From: a virus
Direction: 5' to 3' (one strand)
IMG/VR virus record: IMGVR_UViG_3300045988_170068
Length of the DNA: 64,000 nucleotides
The translations under genes were made by a program, and so were the position numbers. Numbering within the stretch: position 1 is the stretch's first letter; each line of letters opens with the position of its first letter. The notes under the pieces are model-generated. The model was not told the DNA's origin. It ran no database searches and worked only from the letters and a program-made list of their open reading frames with translations. Shown here piece after piece: positions 1-9,696 of this stretch.

Positions 1-51
1 TAGAACCTTGTATACTCATGAGTTAAGCTCTTGAAATGAGGAGGTATATTT

Positions 52-735
52 ATGACCCTTTCTGAGGACATGAAGAAAATAGCCCAAGACGATATAGAAG
101 AAATCATTGGTTGGCTTGAAGATGATGGATACAAAGCCAGTTTAGTTTCAATGGAACTTGATCCTGATGAAATTGAAATGGATTTGATTCAAAATGTAAA
201 AGCTGTTTTCAGTGTAAACGGCAAACAAGTTCCTCTCGATTTTTATTACTCAATCAAGACAGAGGCAAAAGATATCTATATAAACAAGCCAGATGATGAG
301 CTTGCAAATGAGTTGAAGAAAGCATCTAGAAATGTATCAGAATCTACTAGAGTTAAATCAAAACCAGTTACTGCTGCTAAGATAACTGCTGCGGATGAAG
401 ATTTTGAAAGCGATGAATTTGATGAGTCTTTTGACGATGCTCCTGAAGACGAAGGTGAAGACAGCTTAGCTGATAGCATTGATAGCATTTCCGATAAAGT
501 TGACGATATGCAAGATACTATTGACGATGCTGAAGTGGAAGACGACATTGACATAGACATAGAAAACAACATAGACAATCATTACATTGCTGAGTGCGAA
601 AGATGCCATGGTATCTTTATTTCATCTGTTGTTGAATCCGATCAGCAGCTTGAAAAAATTCATGGAACTTGCCCTCTTTGCGATAGAGATACCGATCAGT
701 ATCTAAAATGGACTGTCAAGAAGGTAGAAAAATGA
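52..735 (+). CDS. hypothetical, extremely acidic protein with C-terminal zinc ribbon
   Basis: 227-aa ORF with GGAGG about 7 nt upstream of the ATG. Long D/E tract (DEDFESDEFDESFDDAPEDEGED...). C-terminal CERCHG...CPLCDR pair. Confidence 0.6.
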   Translation: MTLSEDMKKIAQDDIEEIIGWLEDDGYKASLVSMELDPDEIEMDLIQNVKAVFSVNGKQVPLDFYYSIKTEAKDIYINKPDDELANELKKASRNVSESTRVKSKPVTAAKITAADEDFESDEFDESFDDAPEDEGEDSLADSIDSISDKVDDMQDTIDDAEVEDDIDIDIENNIDNHYIAECERCHGIFISSVVESDQQLEKIHGTCPLCDRDTDQYLKWTVKKVEK

Positions 736-911
736 AGAGTAAAAAGAAAGGATTTTTAACTTGTGATATATGTGGAAAAGACTTCATAAAGGTTTATGAT
801 AGCATATATCAGTTTCCTTTCAAAGGTAAAATGTGTCACTTCTGCTCATATACATGTTATAGAGTTGGGCAAGCGACTAAGGAGAGATTGAAAAATGAAA
901 AAGATGATTAG
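732..911 (+). CDS. small Cys-rich zinc-ribbon-like protein
   Basis: ATG overlaps the upstream stop (ATGA). Contains CDICGK...CHFCSYTC. The track ORF starts at 708, but 732 fits translational coupling. Confidence 0.45.
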   Translation: MKSKKKGFLTCDICGKDFIKVYDSIYQFPFKGKMCHFCSYTCYRVGQATKERLKNEKDD

Positions 912-1299
912 ATCATTCCGACGTGATGTCAAAGCTTCTTCAATGAATACAAAGATTACTCAAACTAATAAAATTAGAATAGGTGGACATAATTTTAGAG
1001 TGCATACAACAGAATACAATGATGCACCCGATGCAGATGTCATTCAGTTATACAATGATTTCTGCGCGTCTATTTCCATGATTGCACCCTACGATGATGC
1101 AGATTACTTCTGGGCAACAATTACAAGAGGAACAATCAAGTATATTCGAGGCGGAAAAGTAAAAGAAATTGATTACTACATGAACGCTGATGATATGGAC
1201 ATTGAAAACAATGAATGGGCAAACGAAATAATTGAACAGGTTTGTGTTAGACTGAATCAGTTAAATAAAAACATTGAACCTAGAATTATTCACAATTGA
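895..1299 (+). CDS. hypothetical protein
   Basis: 134-aa ORF with GGAGAG upstream of the ATG. No recognisable motif. Confidence 0.5.
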   Translation: MKKMIRSFRRDVKASSMNTKITQTNKIRIGGHNFRVHTTEYNDAPDADVIQLYNDFCASISMIAPYDDADYFWATITRGTIKYIRGGKVKEIDYYMNADDMDIENNEWANEIIEQVCVRLNQLNKNIEPRIIHN

Positions 1300-1309
1300 G
1301 GTGAAATGT

Positions 1310-2482
1310 ATGAAGATAAGCAAAAAGAGAATATGCTGCTCGTTTACCGGTGAACCCGACCCTACAGGTATTTCTGAAGGGTCATTGCGAGATGCGCAGA
1401 AAGCAAAAACATGGCAAGAAGTTCAAAAATTGTTTGATAAAATTGTAGACAAATATATGCCTGATGCTGAAAAGATTGAAAAAGAAGTTTACAACCTCTA
1501 TTCAAAGAATAAAGGCTTAAAACAGTATCAAGAAGCATACGATCATTGGATGGATGAAGCTGATTTATCTATCGAAAATAATGAAGAAGACGAAATAGAG
1601 AGCTCTGTTGATATTGACGAAGAAACAGAAGATCCTAAATGGATATGTCTTGATATTAAGCATGTAAGAGACAGCGACGGAATGCTAACAGATTACGCTC
1701 TTTACACTACCAAAGACGAAGATAAATACATCTGTATGTTCGGAGATGCGGATGTATACGCTCCAGATGAGATGTATGCAGATGCTGAGTTTGATACAGA
1801 AGATGAAGCTCTTGAATGGTTTGAAAACTATGTTGGGCCTGGGGATGAAGAGGATGAAGATGATATCTACTCCTCAGAAGAAACTAATTCTGACGAAGAT
1901 AATGACAATTTTAGAATTGTGTATCACGCTTCTCTCACACCGGTTTCATTTCCTCTTAACTTTAATTTATCTAAAGAAGTAGGACTTCACTGCGGTACAT
2001 TAGAGCAAGCAACAACTAAAAATGGAACTGACTATGTTTATAAAGTAACTCTGAAGCCATCATTTGCTTGCGCCCATCTTAAATCAGATACCGAATCAAG
2101 TTATGGTAGCATGGAGTTTCTGTATAATCTTTTTCACAGCGGTATAATAGACGACCTAGATTTCAATAATCTGCTCATGCTTTTACGCGACAAAGCGGGA
2201 GATAAAGATAAACAAAAAGCATATTCAAAAATATATCGTGATTTTTTACTTGAAAAGGAACTTAAGGCTTTTGACTACCCTAATACTGTAGAAAGTACCT
2301 CCAAGGATAAATCTATTTGTATTATTGATAACAGTATAATTACTGATTTTAAGCAAATTGATATGAAGACTAAAAACGAGGATTATGGCTTATCACACCT
2401 AGATCAAGAATTCGATTCTACTGATAAATATATTAACTCAAGCAAGCTTCTGGATGTGAGCAATCAAATTATATTTATTTGA
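1310..2482 (+). CDS. hypothetical acidic protein
   Basis: In-frame ATG at 1310 is preceded by GAGGTGA, while the track start at 1274 has no SD. EEDE-rich centre and a globular C-terminal part (VYHAS...GLHCGT). Confidence 0.55.
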   Translation: MKISKKRICCSFTGEPDPTGISEGSLRDAQKAKTWQEVQKLFDKIVDKYMPDAEKIEKEVYNLYSKNKGLKQYQEAYDHWMDEADLSIENNEEDEIESSVDIDEETEDPKWICLDIKHVRDSDGMLTDYALYTTKDEDKYICMFGDADVYAPDEMYADAEFDTEDEALEWFENYVGPGDEEDEDDIYSSEETNSDEDNDNFRIVYHASLTPVSFPLNFNLSKEVGLHCGTLEQATTKNGTDYVYKVTLKPSFACAHLKSDTESSYGSMEFLYNLFHSGIIDDLDFNNLLMLLRDKAGDKDKQKAYSKIYRDFLLEKELKAFDYPNTVESTSKDKSICIIDNSIITDFKQIDMKTKNEDYGLSHLDQEFDSTDKYINSSKLLDVSNQIIFI

Positions 2483-2560
2483 GTGAGAAAATATGCAAAT
2501 ACTTTCATACAGATGAAGGAGAAGATAAGATTAAATATGGTTGGAAAGTAGGAAGATTAA

Positions 2561-3967
2561 ATGAAACTATTGAAAATAACTGCTAATATTGATGAAAATG
2601 ATTTCGAATTAAATAACCCTGAACAGGAATTTACATCAGAGAACACATCAATAAACAAGAACAAGCTTCCTGCAGTTTATCGTTTGATAAATATACCTGA
2701 AGGATCTGTAGGAATTGATTTTGGTGGCGGAAAATGGGATACCGCTGTCGAATACATCCGAGACCTAGGAGCCACACTTTGTGTTTACGACCCGTATAAC
2801 AGAACTGCTCAGCACAACAGAGAAATGCTTAAAACACTAAAAGCAAATGGCGGAGCTGATTGGGCTGTAAACTCAAATGTTCTGAACGTTATCAAGGAAC
2901 CAGAAGCAAGACAAAGTGTTCTAAGAAACATTTCTAAGATAACTAAATCTGGCGCCCCTATTTATATTACAGTCTACGAAGGTAGAGGAGACGCAAAGGA
3001 AGGTCCAACAAAATCTGGTTACCAGCTTAACAGAAAGACTCAAGATTATCTAGAAGAAATTCAAGAAGTCTTCCCAGATGCAAAGAGAAAAGGCAAGCTG
3101 ATTGTTGCACACAATGTTAAGTCAGCAAGTTCTTCTAAAAATGTTAATTCGTCTGAAAAAATTCGCCCTATCGATGAATTAAATGATGTAACAGATCAAC
3201 TTAGAGACGACCTGATTCAGAAACTTATTGATGTGATGACAGGACCAAATTTCGGATTTCCAAGAAATGATGTTCTTGATTATTCAAGAGTAGATATTAG
3301 ATTTGATGACGATGAAAACAGGATTGAAGTTGAAGTTGGAGCAGAAGTTAGCTACGACGGTCTAATGCAGATTGCTCAAGAGCTTGATCCTATCATTGAG
3401 TCGTATGATCATGGTGCTTATTTTGATGCAGAAGATGCAGGATTGCTATTAGCAGTTATTCCTTATGAGTCATTAAGAAAGCATACAGATGTTAATTCAG
3501 CTGTTGACGTTCCAGAACCTTCATTAGATCCTACTGAATACGATGATCCTGAGGAAGGTGAAGAAACAGTTGAAGTTGAATGTGACATCAATCAACTTGA
3601 AATAAAAGTTGACGAAGACGGATCATGGGAGTATCAAAGAGATGATTTCCTCGACGAAATGCTTACTGCTGAAGATGAGCTTACTTCCGAAGAGTATGAT
3701 GTATACGTTCGAGACAGAAACGGCTTGATTGAAGACTTTGATTCAATTGTAGAACCTAACATACCTGGAGTACCTGGAACTTATTTAATTTCCTGTTATG
3801 TGAAGATGGTTTATGATGTAACAGGAGTAGAAATTGTAAGTGAATATCAAGGTAAAGACGAAGACGGTGACCCTATAATTGATGAGGATTACTACACCGG
3901 AAATGCTGATGTAGAGTTCAACAGAAATGAAAGCTACATCACAAACTTCTATTCAGAAGAGATCTAA
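2561..3967 (+). CDS. putative class I SAM-methyltransferase-like N-terminal domain fused to a long acidic region
   Basis: GIDFGGGKWD (motif I-like), CVYDPY (motif II-like) and VNSNVLNVI. The remaining ~280 aa are D/E-rich. Assignment rests on motifs only. Confidence 0.4.
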   Translation: MKLLKITANIDENDFELNNPEQEFTSENTSINKNKLPAVYRLINIPEGSVGIDFGGGKWDTAVEYIRDLGATLCVYDPYNRTAQHNREMLKTLKANGGADWAVNSNVLNVIKEPEARQSVLRNISKITKSGAPIYITVYEGRGDAKEGPTKSGYQLNRKTQDYLEEIQEVFPDAKRKGKLIVAHNVKSASSSKNVNSSEKIRPIDELNDVTDQLRDDLIQKLIDVMTGPNFGFPRNDVLDYSRVDIRFDDDENRIEVEVGAEVSYDGLMQIAQELDPIIESYDHGAYFDAEDAGLLLAVIPYESLRKHTDVNSAVDVPEPSLDPTEYDDPEEGEETVEVECDINQLEIKVDEDGSWEYQRDDFLDEMLTAEDELTSEEYDVYVRDRNGLIEDFDSIVEPNIPGVPGTYLISCYVKMVYDVTGVEIVSEYQGKDEDGDPIIDEDYYTGNADVEFNRNESYITNFYSEEI

Positions 3968-3985
3968 ATAGATAAGAATCGTTAT

Positions 3986-4022
3986 AATCAGTGAAGGAGA
4001 AATTCTTCACTGATTATTTTTT
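3986..4022 (+). terminator. rho-independent terminator
   Basis: 11-bp stem AATCAGTGAAG/CTTCACTGATT with an 8-nt loop, followed by ATTTTTT. Confidence 0.75.
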
Positions 4023-4039
4023 ACGGAGGACACATCAAA

Positions 4040-4420
4040 ATGAAAAAATTCAGATCCGTACTTTCTGTAATATTTGGAGTTATCTGTGCATTCAGTTTCT
4101 TTATCTGCATCAGTATCAATGCAGATCATCCTGATTGGTTCAAGTATCTCATGATTGGATTCATTACCTTTGTAGTGTCTTTCTTCCTTGCAAGCTTCTG
4201 CTACAACCCTCATAAATACATTCGTCATTTGTATGCGTCTTTCATGACCATTGCAACTAAGATTCATATTCATCGTAGACCTAATAGCAAACTTGCTGTA
4301 AGTGTCAGAGCAAGATTTTCCTCCAGGTATGGTGGTCGTTATAATAAGAAAATCAACTACAAGAAATTCTATCGTTATGCTCTTAGCTACTATGATAGAG
4401 ATCATTTTCAGGAGGTATGA
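4040..4420 (+). CDS. small membrane protein (two predicted TM helices)
   Basis: GGAGG upstream of the ATG. Hydrophobic N-terminal half and basic C-terminus. Confidence 0.55.
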   Translation: MKKFRSVLSVIFGVICAFSFFICISINADHPDWFKYLMIGFITFVVSFFLASFCYNPHKYIRHLYASFMTIATKIHIHRRPNSKLAVSVRARFSSRYGGRYNKKINYKKFYRYALSYYDRDHFQEV

Positions 4421-6909
4421 AAAAGTTGAATCTGAATGAAGAACAGAAGCGAGCAGTTGAGTGCGATGATGATCTAATTCTATGCATGGCTGGAGCAGGG
4501 TCTGGCAAAACAACTGTTCTCATTGAAAGAATAAGCAGACTTTGTGAAAAAGAAGATCCAAAGAGTATTCTTGCTCTTACATTTACAAATGCCGCAGCAT
4601 TTGAAATGAAGGACAGATACATAAGACGAAATCCTGGAAAGCTTGTACCAGAATTTAGAACATTCCACAGTTTCTGCTATTCTGTTCTTTGCACAGATTA
4701 TGAAATCCGAAATAAACTTGGATATCATTCTGTTCCGAGCATATGCGACGAAGCAAAGATGAAGCGTATTCAGAATACTGTTTATCTTGAATTAGGTCTA
4801 CATCTTTCTAAAGATGAATTAAATGGTAAGGTTAAATTAAGTCCAAAGCATAAGCAAGAATTTATTTTATACAAAAAGCGAATTAAAAAAGTAATGAAAG
4901 ACGAAAACATTATCACTTTCGATGAATTGTCTTCGTCTATCTGTGATTTGTTCTTCAACGAAGACCAATTGACCAATAAATACAAAGATCGATTCAAGTA
5001 TCTTCTTATTGATGAATTTCAGGATACAAGTCCTGAACAGTGGAAATTTGCAACTTCGTTCAAACATTCTAAAATTTTTCTTGTCGGCGATGAGATGCAA
5101 TGTCAACCGGCAGGGTCAATTGTAACTATGGCTGACATGACAAAAAAGAAAATAGAAGACCTTCAAATTGGGGATTATGTCTTATCATACAATAGGCGAG
5201 AAGGACGATATTTAAGATGCCTGAATTACAATAGCGGAAATTTGAATAGATATACAAGCAAAGTTACTGATATTTCTAAACATTTTGCGACAGACGTTGT
5301 TAAATTAGTTACAAGAAACCATGAAAGCAGATATACAAAATCGCATTTAACTTATGCAAGAATACATTTTCCGGGAAACGAAAATGCTTTTGTAACTTAT
5401 CTAATGAGTAACAAAAAAGGATGGTGGAGAGTAGGAAGTACTAAATTGTTTCTAACTTCTCAAAATGACTACTTTGGTCCAAGACTTAGATTGCAAGAAG
5501 AAAAGGGAAATAAAATATGGATACTTGGTGTTTACTCATCTCAAAATGAAGCTTGGATGAATGAACAGCTTGTTGCATATAAATACGGTATTCCTCAAGT
5601 TACATGGCAGCATAAAAATGTTAAATTTTCATTAGATGATGTAGACTATCTTTATTCAAATTTAGGCGATTTATCTGAAAAAGCGAATATTTGCTTGAAA
5701 GCTTACAGCAGGGACATAAACTATCCATTCTTTACAGATAAAGATAAAAATAACCATTTTTCAAAGCTTCATTTATTTGAATGCCGTGTCGGTAATATAA
5801 TCCCTGGTATATTTGATATTGTTGTTCCTGAAGAAAAATTTACATCAAATAATTATGTCGAACTTCGCAATTCATACGAACTAATTGAATCTGTTGTTGA
5901 CGAACCCGACCAGTATGTATATGGGTTAAATATTGATAATACACACAATTATGTTAGTGACGGAATACTAACTCATAATTGCATATACGCCTTCAGGGGC
6001 GCTGACAGCTCTATCATTAAGATGCTGTCAGAACTTGATTCTTGGACTCATATCTATCTTCCTAGAAATTATAGATCAACAACGCAAATATGCAGTTTCG
6101 CAAATAAAATTGTTCGTCAGTCTGGTAGCAAACTGAAGATAGAACTGATTTCTGATAGGTCAGGACCTAGTGTTACTGTTCTTCCTTCTACATCAAACAG
6201 ATATTCTGAACCTATTGGAATAGATGATTTTGCTACTTTCTGCGAAATGAATAGAAAGCTTGAAGGAACAACAGCAATTTTATGTAGATCAAACTCAGAA
6301 GTAGCAGAAGTTTGCAGAATGCTTGATGGTGCAGGACTAAACTATCTTACAGGTAAGAAGAACACAGACTACAAGTATATTCTTAAATCTGTAAAGGATA
6401 ACGAATATCTAGCAGACTGGCTTGCTTCTTACTTGAATGCAGATAAATACGCTGATTTTATTCGTATTCAGTCAATTGAAAATATGAGCAGAATTGATGT
6501 AATTGTAGATTATTTTTCAAATGTAAGGAAGATCCAAGAGAGACTTAGAAAAGTGGTAACTATTAGAAAAGCGTTGAAAGACCCTTCTAGGTCAAGGATG
6601 TCTATGGCAGTCGATATATTGACTATCTGTGGATTCAATCCCTTAGATAATCAAATTGAAGTAGACGAAAATTGTTCGTCTGACGAACTTTTTGAAGCAA
6701 TTACAGCAGTGATTGAAGAGAAGATTGTATCAGATCTATATGTAGGAACAATTCACAGCTCTAAGGGACTTGAATATGACAATGTATTTCTTTTCAATGT
6801 GAACGACTATTCATTCAAATTGAACAAAGAGGATCAGTGGAATCTTTATTATGTAGGTGTTACAAGGGCAAAGACTAATCTTGTTATATTCAAAGGAGAC
6901 GCATACTAA
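4417..6909 (+). CDS. UvrD/PcrA-like superfamily 1 DNA helicase, interrupted by an intein
   Basis: Walker A AGAGSGKTTV. Motif II LLIDEFQDTS. Motif III is split as VGDEMQ | intein | CIYAFRGAD. C-terminal VGVTRAK. The start could instead be TTG 4426, because GGAGG lies only 1 nt from ATG 4417. Confidence 0.85.
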   Translation: MKKLNLNEEQKRAVECDDDLILCMAGAGSGKTTVLIERISRLCEKEDPKSILALTFTNAAAFEMKDRYIRRNPGKLVPEFRTFHSFCYSVLCTDYEIRNKLGYHSVPSICDEAKMKRIQNTVYLELGLHLSKDELNGKVKLSPKHKQEFILYKKRIKKVMKDENIITFDELSSSICDLFFNEDQLTNKYKDRFKYLLIDEFQDTSPEQWKFATSFKHSKIFLVGDEMQCQPAGSIVTMADMTKKKIEDLQIGDYVLSYNRREGRYLRCLNYNSGNLNRYTSKVTDISKHFATDVVKLVTRNHESRYTKSHLTYARIHFPGNENAFVTYLMSNKKGWWRVGSTKLFLTSQNDYFGPRLRLQEEKGNKIWILGVYSSQNEAWMNEQLVAYKYGIPQVTWQHKNVKFSLDDVDYLYSNLGDLSEKANICLKAYSRDINYPFFTDKDKNNHFSKLHLFECRVGNIIPGIFDIVVPEEKFTSNNYVELRNSYELIESVVDEPDQYVYGLNIDNTHNYVSDGILTHNCIYAFRGADSSIIKMLSELDSWTHIYLPRNYRSTTQICSFANKIVRQSGSKLKIELISDRSGPSVTVLPSTSNRYSEPIGIDDFATFCEMNRKLEGTTAILCRSNSEVAEVCRMLDGAGLNYLTGKKNTDYKYILKSVKDNEYLADWLASYLNADKYADFIRIQSIENMSRIDVIVDYFSNVRKIQERLRKVVTIRKALKDPSRSRMSMAVDILTICGFNPLDNQIEVDENCSSDELFEAITAVIEEKIVSDLYVGTIHSSKGLEYDNVFLFNVNDYSFKLNKEDQWNLYYVGVTRAKTNLVIFKGDAY
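5101..5979 (+). mobile_element. intein (293 aa) in helicase motif III
   Basis: Starts with Cys (CQPAGSIV...). Block B TKSH. Ends ...VYGLNIDNTHNYVSDGILTHN, followed by a +1 Cys. The flanking exteins rejoin to the canonical VGDxxQxIYxFRGA. Confidence 0.8.
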
Positions 6910-7238
6910 TGAATAACCCAACCGAAGATTTCTTGACAACAATATCAAAAAGATTATCATCTAGGTCAGATTGTAAGAATGTTATGTATGTTGTTAGAAT
7001 CAAAAGTAACAAAGTGACAATGTTTCCAGATATCTATGTATACAGAAGTAAACACAACAGAAGACCTGAAGATAAGATGAACATACTATGTTATGTTCAG
7101 AATGTAGTTAAGGGACTTCATGTAAATTTAGATGTAGACGGTGGAATCGTTATTGACGATGTAAATCTGCAGGACGGTACATACATTTATCAATCTTCTT
7201 TTGATAACAAGAGAAGAAAATGGATAAGACTTGTCTGA
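6909..7238 (+). CDS. hypothetical protein
   Basis: 109-aa ORF with start overlapping the upstream stop (TAATG). Confidence 0.45.
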   Translation: MNNPTEDFLTTISKRLSSRSDCKNVMYVVRIKSNKVTMFPDIYVYRSKHNRRPEDKMNILCYVQNVVKGLHVNLDVDGGIVIDDVNLQDGTYIYQSSFDNKRRKWIRLV

Positions 7239-7255
7239 AACTATAGGAGGAAAAT

Positions 7256-9040
7256 ATGAGAATTAAATCAGTTGAGATCTGGGGAATGCACAATGTGTTG
7301 CACAAGAAGTATGACTTCAGTAATGTAAACTATTTCTTCGGAAAGAATGGTTCTGGAAAAACAACTGTGCTGCAGGCTGTGCAGCTGGCGCTTCTCGGGT
7401 ATATTCCTGGAACCAATAAGAAGGCACAGGATATCTTTACACATAGCTGCGCGCCAGAGATGAAAGTTTCTCTGGTATTTGACAATGGATACAATATCAC
7501 TAGAAGTTACAAGAAAAATGGTCAGTCTGTGAAATCAGAAACAAAGTGCGTCCCCGATGAATTTGATCCTGCTGATATTGTAAAGGATCTAGAGCTGCCT
7601 GTTTTTAACTTTAGTACTTTTCTTTCAATGTCTCCAAACGCTATGAAGGATTGGTTCATCAAATTCTTACCATCTTCTGAAAATGAAGTAAATTGGAAGG
7701 AAATTTTAGACGGATCTGAAGTAAGCTATGTAAACGATTCTCTTTATCAATATGTTCTTAATTATGCATCAGAGCTGACTCCTGATATTGAAGGTGTTAT
7801 TAAGCTAAATGAATACATGAAATCTTTGCTTTCATTTAAGCAGGCAGAGCAGAAGCGATATCAGTCTACGTTTTCTTCATTGGTTTACTATCAGGACTAT
7901 GATGGTCCAAACAATGAAAACGAAATTACTGCTAAAATCGCTTCTCTTCGTCTTACTAAACAGAAGTATTTGAATGATGTCTCTGCTTATAATTCTCAGC
8001 AGTATACTGAACGATGTCTTTCTGAATATTCAGACTTAAGCGATGAAATAAATAATGATGACGATTTTATTTCCTGCCAGTCTTCTGTACCTGATCTTGA
8101 AACTAAACTTAAAGACATTGATTCTGAAAAGTTTGAAATTGAAAGAGAACTGAATTCAAAGCGCCATGAATATGATGAAGTAAACAAAGTTGTATCAACT
8201 GGTGGAATTTGTTCTTACACAAACGAAGTTTGCTCGTCTATTCAGCCAATGATAAACGGAATGAAAGAGCGTGCAGTAAGGTTGAAAGAAAGCATTTCTA
8301 ATCTAAAAATTCAGCTAGAATCTATTTCTTACTCTAGAGTGTCTGTATGTAAAACTTTGAATGAAACAAAACAGAAAGTTGCGGCTATTATCAAGCGTTA
8401 TGATGAAAGAGATACTATTCTTAAAAGCTATAATCCTGTAAGTAAGCCCGAAGATCTGGATATTTCTTTCATTGATAATGAAATTGCAAGACTTGAGGAA
8501 TGTATTGTTCAGTTGCGAGCAAACCTTCAATATGATAGAATTTCCGAAAATGTTAGCAGAGAAAAGATGGTCATGGAGCAGGACATTGACACACTAAAGA
8601 ATTGGATCAATGCTACCGGGCCAAATGGAATTCAAGCAAGCTTGTCTGAAAAGCCATTCCATGATATGGAAATCATTCTAAATGATTTCCTCCATACAAT
8701 GTATGATCCAAACATCTCCTTCAAGTTTATTCTTGACATCAAGAACAATAGTTTCGGATTTGGAATCATTCGTGATAAACGGTTCATCAAATTTGATACT
8801 CTATCAAGTGGTGAGAAATGCATTGTATCTATTGTACTTGCTACTGGGTTGATTAGCTGCAACAAATCTCAAATTCATCTTATGCTTGTCGACGATGCTC
8901 TTGATCATCTTGATGACGAAAAAGCAGATATGTTCTTCAGCACACTCGCAAAACTTGAAGACACTCAGTTTATCCTTGCAGGTGTTAAGAAATGCAGTGT
9001 TAGTAACAGTGATAACTTCAAAATCACTGAAATAATTTAA
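7256..9040 (+). CDS. SbcC/Rad50-like (gp46-like) ABC-type ATPase
   Basis: N-terminal Walker A FGKNGSGKTT, long coiled-coil middle, signature LSSGEK and Walker B LMLVDDALDHLD. Confidence 0.7.
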   Translation: MRIKSVEIWGMHNVLHKKYDFSNVNYFFGKNGSGKTTVLQAVQLALLGYIPGTNKKAQDIFTHSCAPEMKVSLVFDNGYNITRSYKKNGQSVKSETKCVPDEFDPADIVKDLELPVFNFSTFLSMSPNAMKDWFIKFLPSSENEVNWKEILDGSEVSYVNDSLYQYVLNYASELTPDIEGVIKLNEYMKSLLSFKQAEQKRYQSTFSSLVYYQDYDGPNNENEITAKIASLRLTKQKYLNDVSAYNSQQYTERCLSEYSDLSDEINNDDDFISCQSSVPDLETKLKDIDSEKFEIERELNSKRHEYDEVNKVVSTGGICSYTNEVCSSIQPMINGMKERAVRLKESISNLKIQLESISYSRVSVCKTLNETKQKVAAIIKRYDERDTILKSYNPVSKPEDLDISFIDNEIARLEECIVQLRANLQYDRISENVSREKMVMEQDIDTLKNWINATGPNGIQASLSEKPFHDMEIILNDFLHTMYDPNISFKFILDIKNNSFGFGIIRDKRFIKFDTLSSGEKCIVSIVLATGLISCNKSQIHLMLVDDALDHLDDEKADMFFSTLAKLEDTQFILAGVKKCSVSNSDNFKITEII

Positions 9041-9057
9041 CAAGGAGAATATACTAA

Positions 9058-9513
9058 ATGGGTCTAGAAATTGGTAAATTTGTTGATGTCGAAGTAATTC
9101 GTATCATTGACAAGGGAGCAGTTGTTCGTCTAGAAGACGGACATACCGAGCTCATTCATCTATCTAAAGTTTCTAACAAGTTCGTTAGAGATGTAAACGA
9201 CTATCTTGCTGTAGGCGACAGACTTAAAGCAGAGGTAGTCAAAGGTACATATAAAGAATCTGAGCTGTCAATCAAATATCTAGATCTGTATCCTAAAAAG
9301 AAGGAAGAAAACACTAACGAAAAGCCCGTTGAAAATGCTAAGCCTAAGAAATCATATAATCAAGCTAAAAAGGAATCATTTCCTCAGATGAGCCTCGATG
9401 ACATGATAAAGCAAAGCAACAAGCAGTTCGACGATAAGTTCAGAGGTAAGCGAGAGTTCACAAAGAAGAATAAGAACTATCGAAAGAACAAAAGACCTTA
9501 CGAAGATGATTGA
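9058..9513 (+). CDS. S1 RNA-binding domain protein with basic C-terminal tail
   Basis: GKFVDVEVIRIIDKGAVVRLEDGHTELIHLSKVSNKFV...GDRLKAEVV matches an S1/OB pattern. Confidence 0.65.
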   Translation: MGLEIGKFVDVEVIRIIDKGAVVRLEDGHTELIHLSKVSNKFVRDVNDYLAVGDRLKAEVVKGTYKESELSIKYLDLYPKKKEENTNEKPVENAKPKKSYNQAKKESFPQMSLDDMIKQSNKQFDDKFRGKREFTKKNKNYRKNKRPYEDD

Positions 9514-9696
9514 GACCATATTTCTTCCTGACGGAAATATTAGATACACAAATAGCTGTTCAAACAAATTGTATAACAGTTATTCTGATGCTAAAATAAA
9601 CGAAGAAGAAATGAAGCAATTAGATATCAGGCTGAGGAGAAAATCCTCAGCCAATATCTATATCAACAAAACATTTGTCAAGAAAACAAGAGGTGT

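Noticed and set aside
4007-4513. 168-aa minus-strand ORF opposite 4040-4420.
   Set aside because: The plus-strand ORF has a strong GGAGG and TM helices. The minus ORF spans a plus-strand terminator and a gene junction.
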